The notes under the pieces are model-generated. The model had not been told where the DNA came from, did not search any database, and worked only from the letters and a program-made list of their open reading frames with translations. A stretch of DNA of 64,000 nucleotides from Clostridiales bacterium. GTDB taxonomy: Bacteria > Bacillota > Clostridia > Oscillospirales > Ruminococcaceae. The stretch lies in NCBI GenBank assembly GCA_012519635.1, contig JAAYPV010000101.1, positions 28 through 64,027 of the forward strand, written 5' to 3'. The position numbers and the translations under genes are program-made. Positions 52,071-61,832 of this stretch are shown in pieces. Positions within the stretch are counted from its first letter, which is position 1, and each line of letters starts with the position of its first letter.

Positions 52071-53474
52071 TTAAAACCTGAAATATAAGAATGGGTTATT
52101 TGTAGCGTCAACAAGCATAATACTGCTTATAAGTAGCAGTGCAACATTTACTGCTACTTGCGACATATCTAATACAGCAAGCATTTTAGTTGACTTTTCT
52201 CTGAGCTTTTCAATAAATTTAGTGATTGGAAAGCAGAAAACAACAGCTATCAGTATCAAAATAATATTATTTGCAAATGAAATTTTGGTTATATCATCAA
52301 TAAAAGCATTTCCATTAATAAAGAATAGGTTTTTAAAGAAATTTAAAAGGCTTTTAAGGTTTTCAAAATAAAAAATACCAAAACCGATGAATATAATGAG
52401 CTTACTATATATATGTCGAACAATCATAGGAATTTTTTTAATTTTTTTCTTGCCAAGAAAGCTTTCTATAAAGACGAATATGCCAAAGTATAAACCCCAG
52501 ATTATATAATTCCAGCTTGCACCATGCCATAATCCTGTACAGAACCAAACCAAAAACAAGCTGGCATACTTTCTTCTCTTGCCGAATAATGGTAGGTAAA
52601 GCAAGTAGTCTTTAAAAAATGTTCCTAAGGAAATATGCCATCTTTGCCAGAATTCAGAGATATCTTTGCAAATAAATGGATAATTAAAGTTTTCATCAAA
52701 ATGGAATCCAAACATTAATCCTAAACCTATTGCCATATCGGAATATCCAGAAAAATCATAGTAAACCTGTAATGCATAAACAATTGCACCGTACCATGTT
52801 CCTATATAGGACAAGGAGGAAATATTTCCTCCTAGAATTGTATCAACTATAAGGCTTAAATTATTTGCAATTATGACCTTTTTTGCAAGCCCGATAATTA
52901 CTCGTGTAAAGCCTTTACTTAAATCAGAAATAGTTGTCTTTCTACTAGTGATTTCTTTTTCAATTGTTGAATATTTTACGATAGGTCCAGCGACAAGCTG
53001 TGGAAATAGTGATACATACATCAAAAAATTAAGGAAGCTTTTTTGAACCTTAACCTTATCCCAATAGCAGTCAATCGTATATGAAATTGTTTGGAAGGTA
53101 TAAAAGCTTATACCAATCGGTAACTTAAAGGAGGGGACAGTAAGATTAAGTGACAAAAGCTCATTTATATTGGTTACTAAAAATCCACTGTATTTAAATA
53201 TGGCAAGGATTCCTAAGTTAATTGTCAGGGAACTGATAAGAGCTATCTTTGACCAAACCTTACCCCTGAATTTATGTATCAATAATCCGTGAATATAGTC
53301 TATAAAAGCACTGAAGACCAATAAACTAACCCAAATTGGCTCTCCCCATGCATAGAAAATCAATGAAAATATAACTAAAATAATATTTCTATACTCCAAC
53401 TTTTGTGTCGATGAATAGCAAATCAAGCAAATTGGTAGGAAAAAGTATAGGAAAAATAAACTTGAAAATGTCAT
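52071..53474 (-). CDS. MBOAT-family membrane O-acyltransferase (AlgI/DltB/PatA-like)
   Basis: Polytopic. ISEFWQRWHISLGTFFKDYLLYLPL and GLWHGASWNYIIWG contain the conserved MBOAT histidine. Confidence 0.9.
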   Translation of the reverse strand: MTFSSLFFLYFFLPICLICYSSTQKLEYRNIILVIFSLIFYAWGEPIWVSLLVFSAFIDYIHGLLIHKFRGKVWSKIALISSLTINLGILAIFKYSGFLVTNINELLSLNLTVPSFKLPIGISFYTFQTISYTIDCYWDKVKVQKSFLNFLMYVSLFPQLVAGPIVKYSTIEKEITSRKTTISDLSKGFTRVIIGLAKKVIIANNLSLIVDTILGGNISSLSYIGTWYGAIVYALQVYYDFSGYSDMAIGLGLMFGFHFDENFNYPFICKDISEFWQRWHISLGTFFKDYLLYLPLFGKRRKYASLFLVWFCTGLWHGASWNYIIWGLYFGIFVFIESFLGKKKIKKIPMIVRHIYSKLIIFIGFGIFYFENLKSLLNFFKNLFFINGNAFIDDITKISFANNIILILIAVVFCFPITKFIEKLREKSTKMLAVLDMSQVAVNVALLLISSIMLVDATNNPFLYFRF

Positions 53475-53522
53475 ATTATACCCCGATTTTATTTAATGAA
53501 TTTTTATTCTACAATATAATTT

Positions 53523-53551
53523 ATTATACTACAAGAAAAGCGTAAATACAA
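53523..53551 (-). promoter_or_regulatory. Candidate sigma-A promoter of the MBOAT operon
   Basis: On the minus strand: TTGTAT (53551-53546), 17 nt, TATAAT (53528-53523), about 50 nt upstream of the MBOAT ATG. Confidence 0.5.
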
Positions 53552-53773
53552 GGGTATATGCATTATTTTAAAGAATAATTGATATTTTTAAAATATATAT
53601 TTCATGACATTTAAAATAAAAGAACATATATGATAGCTATAAAGCATTTTAAATCTCAGAAAATATCTGTTATGGCTAAAATTGTATAGTTTACATGTTA
53701 ACTGTATTTTCTAGTGTTAAAGTGCATAAGAATTAAATCTTATTAAGAGTATTCATATTTTTTCAAGTTAAAC

Positions 53774-53802
53774 TTGATTTTTTGTACTTTGTGTGGTAAA
53801 AT
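53774..53802 (+). promoter_or_regulatory. Candidate sigma-A promoter with extended -10 for metY
   Basis: TTGATT (53774-53779), 17 nt, TGgTAAAAT (53794-53802). Confidence 0.5.
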
Positions 53803-53879
53803 TAATTGGTTTGTTAAATGAGTAAAATTACTATAATTGCATCATATTTGTTATGTTTTAGGAGATAGGAGGCATAAAT

Positions 53880-55145
53880 GTGAAGATAGAAACTAAATGT
53901 TTGCATGAGGGATATGAGCCAAAAAATGGTGAGCCAAGAGTATTGCCGATATGCCAGTCAACAACATTTACCTATGATTCAACAGAAAAAATAGGTGAAT
54001 TATTTGACTTAACATCGAATGGTTTTTTTTATAGTAGGCTTGCCAACCCAACGGTTGACTGTGTGGAAAAGAAGATTGCTGCATTAGAGGGTGGAGTAGG
54101 TGCGTTATGTACATCAAGTGGACAAGCTGCGTCTACATTGGCAATTTTAAATATCCTTAACACAGGTGACAGCTTTATTGCGACCTCTACAATTTATGGA
54201 GGAACTATTAATCTTTTTGCAGTAACATTTAAACGCTTTGGAATAGAATGTATTTTTGTTGATGCAGATGCATCTGAAGAGGAGATACTGTTAAAGATTA
54301 AGCCAAATACAAAGGCTATTTTTGGAGAAACTATTGCTAATCCAGCGATTGCAGTACTAGATATAGAAAAGTTTTCTAGAATAGCGAAAAGAAATGAAAT
54401 TCCTTTAATAATTGATAATACATTTGCAACCCCTGTTTTATGTAGACCTATTGAGTATGGAGCAGATATAGTTATACATTCTACCAGTAAATATATGGAT
54501 GGACACGCAGTACAGGTTGGTGGCGTAATTGTTGATAGTGGAAAATTTGATTGGTCTAATGGCAAGTTCCCAGAGTTTACAGAACCTGATGAAAGCTATC
54601 ATGGAATTGTATATACTGAGCATTTTGGAAATGCTGCATATATCGCAAAGGCAAGAGTTCAATTGATGAGGGATATAGGAGTTACACCATCACCACTTGG
54701 TGTTTTTTTACTAAATTTAGGGCTTGAAACACTGGCTGTGAGAATGAAAGCACATTGTGAGAATGCAGAAAAAGTTGCTGAATACCTCAGCAAGAGTGAT
54801 AATGTTGAATATGTAAACTATCCGACATTGGAAGGTAATAAATATTTTACGCTTGCAAAGAAGTATCTTCCTGCTGGTTGTAGTGGTGTTGTTTCCTTTG
54901 CTGTAAAGGGTGGAAAGCAAGCAGCAATTAAGTTTATGGACAGTTTACAGCTTGCGTCAAATGTTGTTCATGTTGCAGATATACGAACCTGTGTACTACA
55001 TCCAGCAAGTTCTACACATCGACAGTTGACTGATGAGCAGCTTGTTGCAGCAGGTATTGATGGTGGTATGATTCGTTTATCAGTTGGACTTGAAAATGTT
55101 GAGGATATTATTAAGGATTTGCAGCAGGCTTTTGACAAGGTTTAG
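53880..55145 (+). CDS. metY: O-acetylhomoserine sulfhydrylase (PLP-dependent Cys/Met metabolism family)
   Basis: HSTSKYMDGH PLP-lysine motif. GTG start after GGAGATAGGAGG. 421 aa. Confidence 0.9.
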   Translation: MKIETKCLHEGYEPKNGEPRVLPICQSTTFTYDSTEKIGELFDLTSNGFFYSRLANPTVDCVEKKIAALEGGVGALCTSSGQAASTLAILNILNTGDSFIATSTIYGGTINLFAVTFKRFGIECIFVDADASEEEILLKIKPNTKAIFGETIANPAIAVLDIEKFSRIAKRNEIPLIIDNTFATPVLCRPIEYGADIVIHSTSKYMDGHAVQVGGVIVDSGKFDWSNGKFPEFTEPDESYHGIVYTEHFGNAAYIAKARVQLMRDIGVTPSPLGVFLLNLGLETLAVRMKAHCENAEKVAEYLSKSDNVEYVNYPTLEGNKYFTLAKKYLPAGCSGVVSFAVKGGKQAAIKFMDSLQLASNVVHVADIRTCVLHPASSTHRQLTDEQLVAAGIDGGMIRLSVGLENVEDIIKDLQQAFDKV

Positions 55146-55245
55146 AAATATGTTTGACATTATGCTGCTGCTTTAGATTTGCAAGGAATGCTTTTTTATG
55201 ATATGCTTAAATAAGCATTAAAATTGTAAGAGTAAGGATGAAAAA

Positions 55246-57225
55246 ATGGCTAGGAATCATAATTATGATAATGAAAGTATCACTATGCTTAAGGGGCCGG
55301 ATAAGGTCAGAAAGCGTCCATCAGTTATTTTTGGCTCCGACGGCATAGGGGGCTGTGCTCATTCAATCTTTGAGGTTATATCAAACTCAATTGATGAGGC
55401 AAGGGCTGGGTTTGGTGACAAAATTATTGTAACAAAATACAAGGACCAATCTATTGAGGTTGAGGATTTTGGGCGTGGCTGTCCCGTAGATTTTAATAAC
55501 AATGAAAACAGGTATAACTGGGAGCTGGTTTATTGTGAGTTGTATGCGGGTGGAAAATACGATGATTCCTCAACAATATATGAATATTCATTAGGCTTGA
55601 ATGGATTGGGACTTTGTGCAACTCAATTTGCATCCGAATATATGGATGTTGAGGTTTATAGAGACGGAAAAAAATACAATCTGCATTTTGAAAAGGGTGA
55701 AAATATCGGAGGGTTAAAAAGTGAACCTGCTAAAAGCAAAAGAACAGGCACAAGGACTCGTTGGCGTCCCGATTTGGATGTGTTTACCGAGATAGATGTG
55801 TCTGATGAATATTTTCATGATACATTAAAAAGGCAGGCTGTTGTAAATCCAAATCTTCTTTTTATATTCAGGTCTGAAAAAGAAGATGGAACTTTTGAGG
55901 AGTATCAATATTTCTATGAAAATGGAATTATAGACTATGTTAATGAGATTGTTGGGGATAAAAGCTTAACGACGATTCAATATTGGGAATGTGAAAGAAA
56001 AGGCAGGGACAGAAAGGATAAGGATGACTATAAAGTAAAAATCGGATTGGCATTTGTTTTTTCAAATGTAATAAAAAGAATGGAGTATTACCATAACTCA
56101 AGCTATCTGGAATATGGTGGTTCTCCAGAGCGTGCGGTAAAGCAGGCTTTTGTGTCGCAAATTGACTCTTATTTAAGGCAGAATAATAAGTACCTTAAAA
56201 ATGAAAGAAAGATATCATTTGTGGATGTTGAGGATTGCCTTGTGTTGGTTTCATCCTCATTTTCTACACAGACCTCCTATGAAAATCAGACTAAAAAGGC
56301 AATAAATAATAAGTTTATTTATGAGGCTATGACTGATTTTCTAAAGCATCAGCTTGAGGTTTATTTCATAGAAAATCCAGATGAGGCGACAAAAATTGCT
56401 GAACAGGTGCTGGTGAATAAAAGGAGCAGAGAAAATGCTGAAAAAACCCGTATGAATCTGAAGAAGAAGCTTACGGGAACCATTGATATTTCAAATATGG
56501 TGAAAAAATTTGTTGACTGTCGTACCAAAGATATAAGCAAAAGGGAGCTTTATATCGTGGAGGGTGACTCAGCGCTCGGTGCGGTAAAGCTGGCAAGACA
56601 GGCAGATTTTCAGGCGATAATACCAGTAAGGGGTAAGATATTAAATTGTCTTAAGGCTGATTATGATAAGATTTTTAAAAATGAAATAATTGTAGATATA
56701 ATCAAGGTTCTGGGCTGTGGTGTAGAAGTTAAATCAAAGGCAAATAAGGAACTTTCTTTTTTTAACTTGGATGGACTTAAGTGGAATAAGATTATTATAT
56801 GTACTGACGCCGATGTTGATGGATTTCAGATAAGGACTTTGATTTTGACTATGTTATATAGGCTTACCCCTACGCTTATTGAAAAGGAATATATTTATAT
56901 TGCTGAATCACCATTGTTTGAAATCACAACAAAGAATGAGACATATTTTGCATATTCTGAAAAGGAAAAACAGGATATTCTAAAAAAAATAGGGGATAAG
57001 AAATTTACTATACAGCGTTCAAAAGGTCTTGGTGAAAACGACCCTGAAATGATGTCGATGACCACAATGAATCCTGATACAAGAAGACTTATTAAGGTTA
57101 CAATGGATGATGCTAAGGCAATTGATGAGATGTTTGATATTTTGCTAGGGGATAATTTACAAGGACGGAAGGATTTTATTTCAAAGTATGGTGTAGATTA
57201 TCTTGAATTGGCAGATATATCATAA
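55246..57225 (+). CDS. parE: Type IIA DNA topoisomerase subunit B (ParE-like)
   Basis: GHKL N-box EVISNSIDEA, G-box GLNGLGL, TOPRIM EGDSALG ... DADVDGFQIRTL, and PVRGKILN. Confidence 0.85.
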   Translation: MARNHNYDNESITMLKGPDKVRKRPSVIFGSDGIGGCAHSIFEVISNSIDEARAGFGDKIIVTKYKDQSIEVEDFGRGCPVDFNNNENRYNWELVYCELYAGGKYDDSSTIYEYSLGLNGLGLCATQFASEYMDVEVYRDGKKYNLHFEKGENIGGLKSEPAKSKRTGTRTRWRPDLDVFTEIDVSDEYFHDTLKRQAVVNPNLLFIFRSEKEDGTFEEYQYFYENGIIDYVNEIVGDKSLTTIQYWECERKGRDRKDKDDYKVKIGLAFVFSNVIKRMEYYHNSSYLEYGGSPERAVKQAFVSQIDSYLRQNNKYLKNERKISFVDVEDCLVLVSSSFSTQTSYENQTKKAINNKFIYEAMTDFLKHQLEVYFIENPDEATKIAEQVLVNKRSRENAEKTRMNLKKKLTGTIDISNMVKKFVDCRTKDISKRELYIVEGDSALGAVKLARQADFQAIIPVRGKILNCLKADYDKIFKNEIIVDIIKVLGCGVEVKSKANKELSFFNLDGLKWNKIIICTDADVDGFQIRTLILTMLYRLTPTLIEKEYIYIAESPLFEITTKNETYFAYSEKEKQDILKKIGDKKFTIQRSKGLGENDPEMMSMTTMNPDTRRLIKVTMDDAKAIDEMFDILLGDNLQGRKDFISKYGVDYLELADIS

Positions 57226-57253
57226 GGTTAATATTTGGCAAGGAGAATAGACT

Positions 57254-59485
57254 GTGGCAAGAAAATCTAAGGATAATGATAAAAAGGAGCAGCATAAGGT
57301 ATATATTGAAAATTCAGGGGTAGTGGTTTATGAGCCAATTACAGAAACGCTCGAAAAGAATTATATGCCTTATGCAATAAGTGTAATAGCTTCAAGGGCT
57401 TTGCCAGAAATAGATGGCTTTAAGCCATCGCACAGAAAGCTTTTATATACAATGTATAAAATGGGATTGCTCACAGGGGCGAGGACAAAATCTGCGAATG
57501 TTGTTGGGCAAACTATGAAGCTCAATCCTCATGGTGATAGTGCAATTTATGAAACTATGGTAAGATTGACTAAGGGTAATGAAACATTACTTTATCCATA
57601 TATTGATTCTAAGGGTAATTTTGGTAAATTTTATTCAAGGGATATGTCATATGCAGCGTCAAGATACACAGAGGTTAAGCTGGATGGTATATGTAATGAG
57701 GTTTTTAGGGATATAGATAAAAATACTGTTGATTTTATGCCGAATTACGATAATACGCTAATGGAGCCCAAATTATTACCAGTAGCATTTCCATCTGTTC
57801 TTGTAAATTCAAATATGGGTATTGCAGTATCAATGGCAAGTAGCATTTGTCCGTTTAATTTGGATGAGGTTTGTGAAACCTGCATAGAGTTGATTAAAAA
57901 TCCTAACCATGACATAATAAGTACATTAAAAGGACCTGATTTTCCGGGTGGAGGATTTATAGTTTATGATGAGGATGAGATAAAGAGGATTTACAATACT
58001 GGTAAGGGTTCTGTCAAACTTCGTTCAAAGTACAATTATGATAAGAACGCAAATTGCATTGAGGTTACACAAATACCTTATAGTACCACTGTTGAAGCAA
58101 TAATGGATAAAATAGTTGAGCTGATTAAACAGGGCAAAATTCGCGAAATATCCTATATTCGTGATGAAACGGATTTAGGAGGTTTAAAGCTTGCAATAGA
58201 TTTGAAGAGGGGAACTGACCCAGATAAGCTTATGCAAAAGCTGTTTAAAATGACACCATTGCAAGATAATTTCTCCTGTAATTTTAATATACTTATTAAT
58301 GGTGTGCCGAAGGTAATGGGAGTTGCGGAAATACTTGATGAGTGGGTTAAATTTAGAAAGGGATGTATTAAACGCAGAGTAGAATTTGATTTAAATAAGG
58401 CAAAAGAAAAGCTACACTTATTAATGGGGTTAGAAAAAATACTGCTTGACATAGATAAGGCAATTAAAATTGTAAGGGAAACTGAAGAGGAAAATGAGGT
58501 TGTTGCAAATCTTATGATTGGATTTGGAATAGACTCAGTTCAAGCTGAATATGTTGCTGAAATCAAGCTGCGACATTTAAACAAGGAGTATATTTTAAAT
58601 AGGTTAGAAGAAATTAAAAGACTTGAAGAAAGCATTCAAGAAATGGGGTCCATACTTGCTGATGAAAGAAAAATAGAGAAGATAATAATTAAAGAGCTTA
58701 ATGAAATCAGAAAGAAGTATAGCAAGCCTAGAAAAACAATGATTTTATATGAGCTTGACATTGAATATGAGGATGAATTTGAGGATATACCTGATTATCC
58801 GGTTAATTTATTTTTATCATCAAGTGGATATTTAAAGAAAATTACTCCTCAATCATTAAGAATGAGTAATGAACAAAAGCTTAAAGAGGGGGACTTTATT
58901 ACAGAGCATATTGAGTCCACAAACAGGGCTGAATTGATTTTCTTTACAGATAAATTTCAGGCGTATAAAGCAAGGTTATTTGATTTTGAGGATACGAAGG
59001 CAAGCGTTATGGGAGATTTCATACCCGCTAAATTGGAATTTAATGAAGATGAAAATCTAGTTGGCATGATTGTCACAACAGATTATTCAGGATATGTTCT
59101 GTTTTGTTTTGAGAACGGAAAGCTTGCAAAGGTTCCATTGAACTCATATGAAACAAAAACAAACAGAAAGAAGCTATTGAATGCGTATTCGGATAAATCT
59201 AAGTTGGTGAAGATGCTTTTCATTGCTGAAGAAAAGGAACTTATGTTTTTTTCAAGTAATGGCAGAGCAATTGTTGTAAATACGGAAATAATACCATCCA
59301 AAGTAACAAGAAACACAATTGGAGTACAGGTGATGAACTTAAAAGCAAAGACCGTATTGCAGGATGTAATTGAAGTTACTGATGAAATAAGTGAACAGGT
59401 TGATAAATTTAGAGTAAAATCCATTCCTGCAGTAGGAAGTTTAGCAAAGAATTTACCCGATATTAATCAATTAAAGCTAACATAG
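57254..59485 (+). CDS. parC: Type IIA DNA topoisomerase subunit A (ParC-like)
   Basis: ALPEIDGFKPSHRKLLY, active-site Tyr context AASRYTE, no GyrA-box (QRRGGKG) in the C-terminal domain. GTG start. Confidence 0.85.
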   Translation: MARKSKDNDKKEQHKVYIENSGVVVYEPITETLEKNYMPYAISVIASRALPEIDGFKPSHRKLLYTMYKMGLLTGARTKSANVVGQTMKLNPHGDSAIYETMVRLTKGNETLLYPYIDSKGNFGKFYSRDMSYAASRYTEVKLDGICNEVFRDIDKNTVDFMPNYDNTLMEPKLLPVAFPSVLVNSNMGIAVSMASSICPFNLDEVCETCIELIKNPNHDIISTLKGPDFPGGGFIVYDEDEIKRIYNTGKGSVKLRSKYNYDKNANCIEVTQIPYSTTVEAIMDKIVELIKQGKIREISYIRDETDLGGLKLAIDLKRGTDPDKLMQKLFKMTPLQDNFSCNFNILINGVPKVMGVAEILDEWVKFRKGCIKRRVEFDLNKAKEKLHLLMGLEKILLDIDKAIKIVRETEEENEVVANLMIGFGIDSVQAEYVAEIKLRHLNKEYILNRLEEIKRLEESIQEMGSILADERKIEKIIIKELNEIRKKYSKPRKTMILYELDIEYEDEFEDIPDYPVNLFLSSSGYLKKITPQSLRMSNEQKLKEGDFITEHIESTNRAELIFFTDKFQAYKARLFDFEDTKASVMGDFIPAKLEFNEDENLVGMIVTTDYSGYVLFCFENGKLAKVPLNSYETKTNRKKLLNAYSDKSKLVKMLFIAEEKELMFFSSNGRAIVVNTEIIPSKVTRNTIGVQVMNLKAKTVLQDVIEVTDEISEQVDKFRVKSIPAVGSLAKNLPDINQLKLT

Positions 59486-59495
59486 GTTTTAAACG

Positions 59496-59540
59496 AAAAA
59501 CCTCCGCATTTTCAGTTGAAAATACGGAGGTTTAATTTGT
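59496..59540. terminator. Bidirectional terminator between parC and the convergent GH10 gene
   Basis: Long stem aaacctccg-attttc / gaaaat-cggaggttt, with T-tracts on both strands. Confidence 0.8.
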
Positions 59541-59552
59541 GAAATTATATAA

Positions 59553-61832
59553 TTACATATCTAATAAAATCTTTTTTAGTTGAACGCAGTCAAAAATATT
59601 GATTTTTCCATCTGTATTAATATCAGCTAACTCAGCGTCAATTTTCTTATCCATATTTAAGATAAAGCGTTTTAAATCAACTAAATCAGCTATATTTACA
59701 GAACCGTCTTTATTTACATCGCCAACCTGGTATTCAGGTATTTCCATTCCTTCAATGATTGAATAGAATGCAGGTTTTGCTTTGAAATCACCGTCGAACA
59801 ATAGAGGAACTCTATCAGAACGCCAGCTTGTTGAGTCAACTGTTCCCCAGAATACAACAGCTGTAATATTACCACCGTTATCTTTTACTTCCTTGATAGC
59901 TTTCATAATGCCCTTGTATTGTTCAGCCTGTGCTTTGAATCCAGACTCAGAAATATTGCTTTGTGTTATATCAAGCTCCGTAACTTGAATCTCAAGTCCT
60001 GTTGATGCATATTTTTCTAATGCTTCCTTGAAGAGTGAAACTGATGGATAGCTCATATCCAAGTGTGCTTGCATTCCTATACCATCAATTAATCCTTTTT
60101 CCTTTAACTCCAAGCATTTTTTATAGATGCCATCTCTTTTTGCAGGAACATATTCATTATAGTCATTATAATAGAGCTTGCAGCCTTCAGGAGCATATTT
60201 TCTTGCAAATGTAAACGCATAGTCAATAAAGGAATCATCACCGAATACTTTTACCCAAGCCGATTGACCTGGTGAAATATTATTTGAGCCAGCGTCACGC
60301 ATTGTACCTGATTCTGAGAACGCCTCATTAACAACATCCCATGCATAGAATTCTACATTTGGGTATTGAGTCTCTAATGCTTCCATGAGGTTTTTAATGT
60401 AATTTTCCATTCTAGCAATCATAACTTCTTTGGACACCCATGCACCATTGTCATCAAAATTCTCTTTAAAGAACCAATCGGGAGTTTGGCTATGCCATAC
60501 AAGAGTGTGACCTCTTACAGGAAGGTTATTTGCTTCAGCAAAGTTTAAAAGAGATTTTGCAGCAGCAAGTGATACCTGTGGATTAGTCTGGTCGCCAGTT
60601 GAATTCATGTAAGATATTGAAGCACTTTTATCTAGTACAGCATCAGGCTTTAGCTCATTTCCAAATGTTATGCTGTTAAAGTGCTTTTTAATTAATTCCT
60701 GTGTGGATTTATATGCAATTTCGCTGCTTGTAGCTGCTGTACCTATTTTAAAGTAATTCTTATATACATCTTTTAAGGATGGAATATCAGTTTCTATATC
60801 GTGAGATAAAGGCTTTGCAGAAACATCATCAATATAGAAATCCATTAAATCCTGAGATGTTGGATTTTGTGTATAAGCAGTCTGAATATATACATTAAGA
60901 CCTAAAGCATCTGAAGGGATTGCTGCATTTCCTTCAATATAAGTCCAGTTGCCCTTTGTAGCAGTTGCTCTTGCAACCTCTACATATTGGTCGATACCGT
61001 TTTGATTATACTGAAGATTTATACTAAAGGCTTGAGTATTGGAATAAGAATCACCCTTAAACATTACCCATGCACCAAAGGTATAAGCATCTCCAGGATT
61101 TAATACAGTAGATTTATTTGCAGTAACACCATTCCAGATTTGTGTTCTTTCTGAAACGAATAATGACTGACTACCTGAATGTTTTTCATCAGTTGAAATT
61201 TCAACTTTTTCTGAGCTTCTGCCGGACCAACCCATTTTACCAGTTTCAAAGTCATCAAAAAATTCACCAGCACCAACTACAATTGTTCCACTGGAATCCT
61301 CACCAATAATAGTTATGTCATCAATATAGAAATCAATCAAGCTGTCAGTTGTTTCAAAATAAATTGTATATTCAACTGCATCAGCGGGAACAGTATAAGC
61401 CCTATTAGAAATTTCAACCCATTCGCCCTTAGTTGCTGTTTCATTTGCGATAGTCACATAATTGTCTGTTCCTTCAGTATCCCTATACTTTAATTGCAGC
61501 TTTATTTCCTCTTTATCAGCACCAGTATCATACATTGCCCATGCGCTTATTTCATATGTTTTACCCGAACTAAGTACTCCGAGCATGGTTTTTCCAGCAC
61601 CGTTCCAGGATTCGGTTCTACCTGTAATTTTCAAGCACCCTGAACCATTTTTGGCATTGCCGCTTGAAATGGAAATACTGGAGCTTCCCCAACTTGTCCA
61701 GCCTTCGGTACTTGATTCAAATGTGTTGTTTAATAGTACAGTACTTTCAGCTGACATAAAATTAACAAAGGATGCAGATGTTAAAACTATAGCAGCTGAA
61801 AGAATACCAGCTATTGCTTTTTTAAAGTACAT
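59553..61832 (-). CDS. Secreted endo-1,4-beta-xylanase: two CBM22 modules, GH10 catalytic domain, canonical two-repeat dockerin
   Basis: Signal peptide MYFKKAIAGILSAAIVLTSASF. Two repeats of NNTFES/DDFETG...W...SGS.L.V..R...WNG (CBM22). GH10 motifs FGNELKPD, GHTLVWHSQTP, WDVVNEA, ITELDI. Dockerin GDVNKDGSVNIADLVDLKRFIL...ADINTDGKINIFDCVQLKKILL. Confidence 0.92.
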   Translation of the reverse strand: MYFKKAIAGILSAAIVLTSASFVNFMSAESTVLLNNTFESSTEGWTSWGSSSISISSGNAKNGSGCLKITGRTESWNGAGKTMLGVLSSGKTYEISAWAMYDTGADKEEIKLQLKYRDTEGTDNYVTIANETATKGEWVEISNRAYTVPADAVEYTIYFETTDSLIDFYIDDITIIGEDSSGTIVVGAGEFFDDFETGKMGWSGRSSEKVEISTDEKHSGSQSLFVSERTQIWNGVTANKSTVLNPGDAYTFGAWVMFKGDSYSNTQAFSINLQYNQNGIDQYVEVARATATKGNWTYIEGNAAIPSDALGLNVYIQTAYTQNPTSQDLMDFYIDDVSAKPLSHDIETDIPSLKDVYKNYFKIGTAATSSEIAYKSTQELIKKHFNSITFGNELKPDAVLDKSASISYMNSTGDQTNPQVSLAAAKSLLNFAEANNLPVRGHTLVWHSQTPDWFFKENFDDNGAWVSKEVMIARMENYIKNLMEALETQYPNVEFYAWDVVNEAFSESGTMRDAGSNNISPGQSAWVKVFGDDSFIDYAFTFARKYAPEGCKLYYNDYNEYVPAKRDGIYKKCLELKEKGLIDGIGMQAHLDMSYPSVSLFKEALEKYASTGLEIQVTELDITQSNISESGFKAQAEQYKGIMKAIKEVKDNGGNITAVVFWGTVDSTSWRSDRVPLLFDGDFKAKPAFYSIIEGMEIPEYQVGDVNKDGSVNIADLVDLKRFILNMDKKIDAELADINTDGKINIFDCVQLKKILLDM

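Noticed and set aside
53803-53879. SAM (S-box) riboswitch or T-box upstream of metY.
   Set aside because: The leader is about 75 nt and AT-rich, too short and unstructured for either element.
55246-59485. Whether this type IIA topoisomerase pair is gyrase, or a mobile/phage-derived topoisomerase.
   Set aside because: The subunit A lacks a GyrA-box and has a short C-terminal domain, consistent with ParC. The pair has chromosomal neighbours and no phage genes. The somewhat divergent ParE N-terminus (GPDKVRKRPSVIFG) alone is not evidence of anything unusual.
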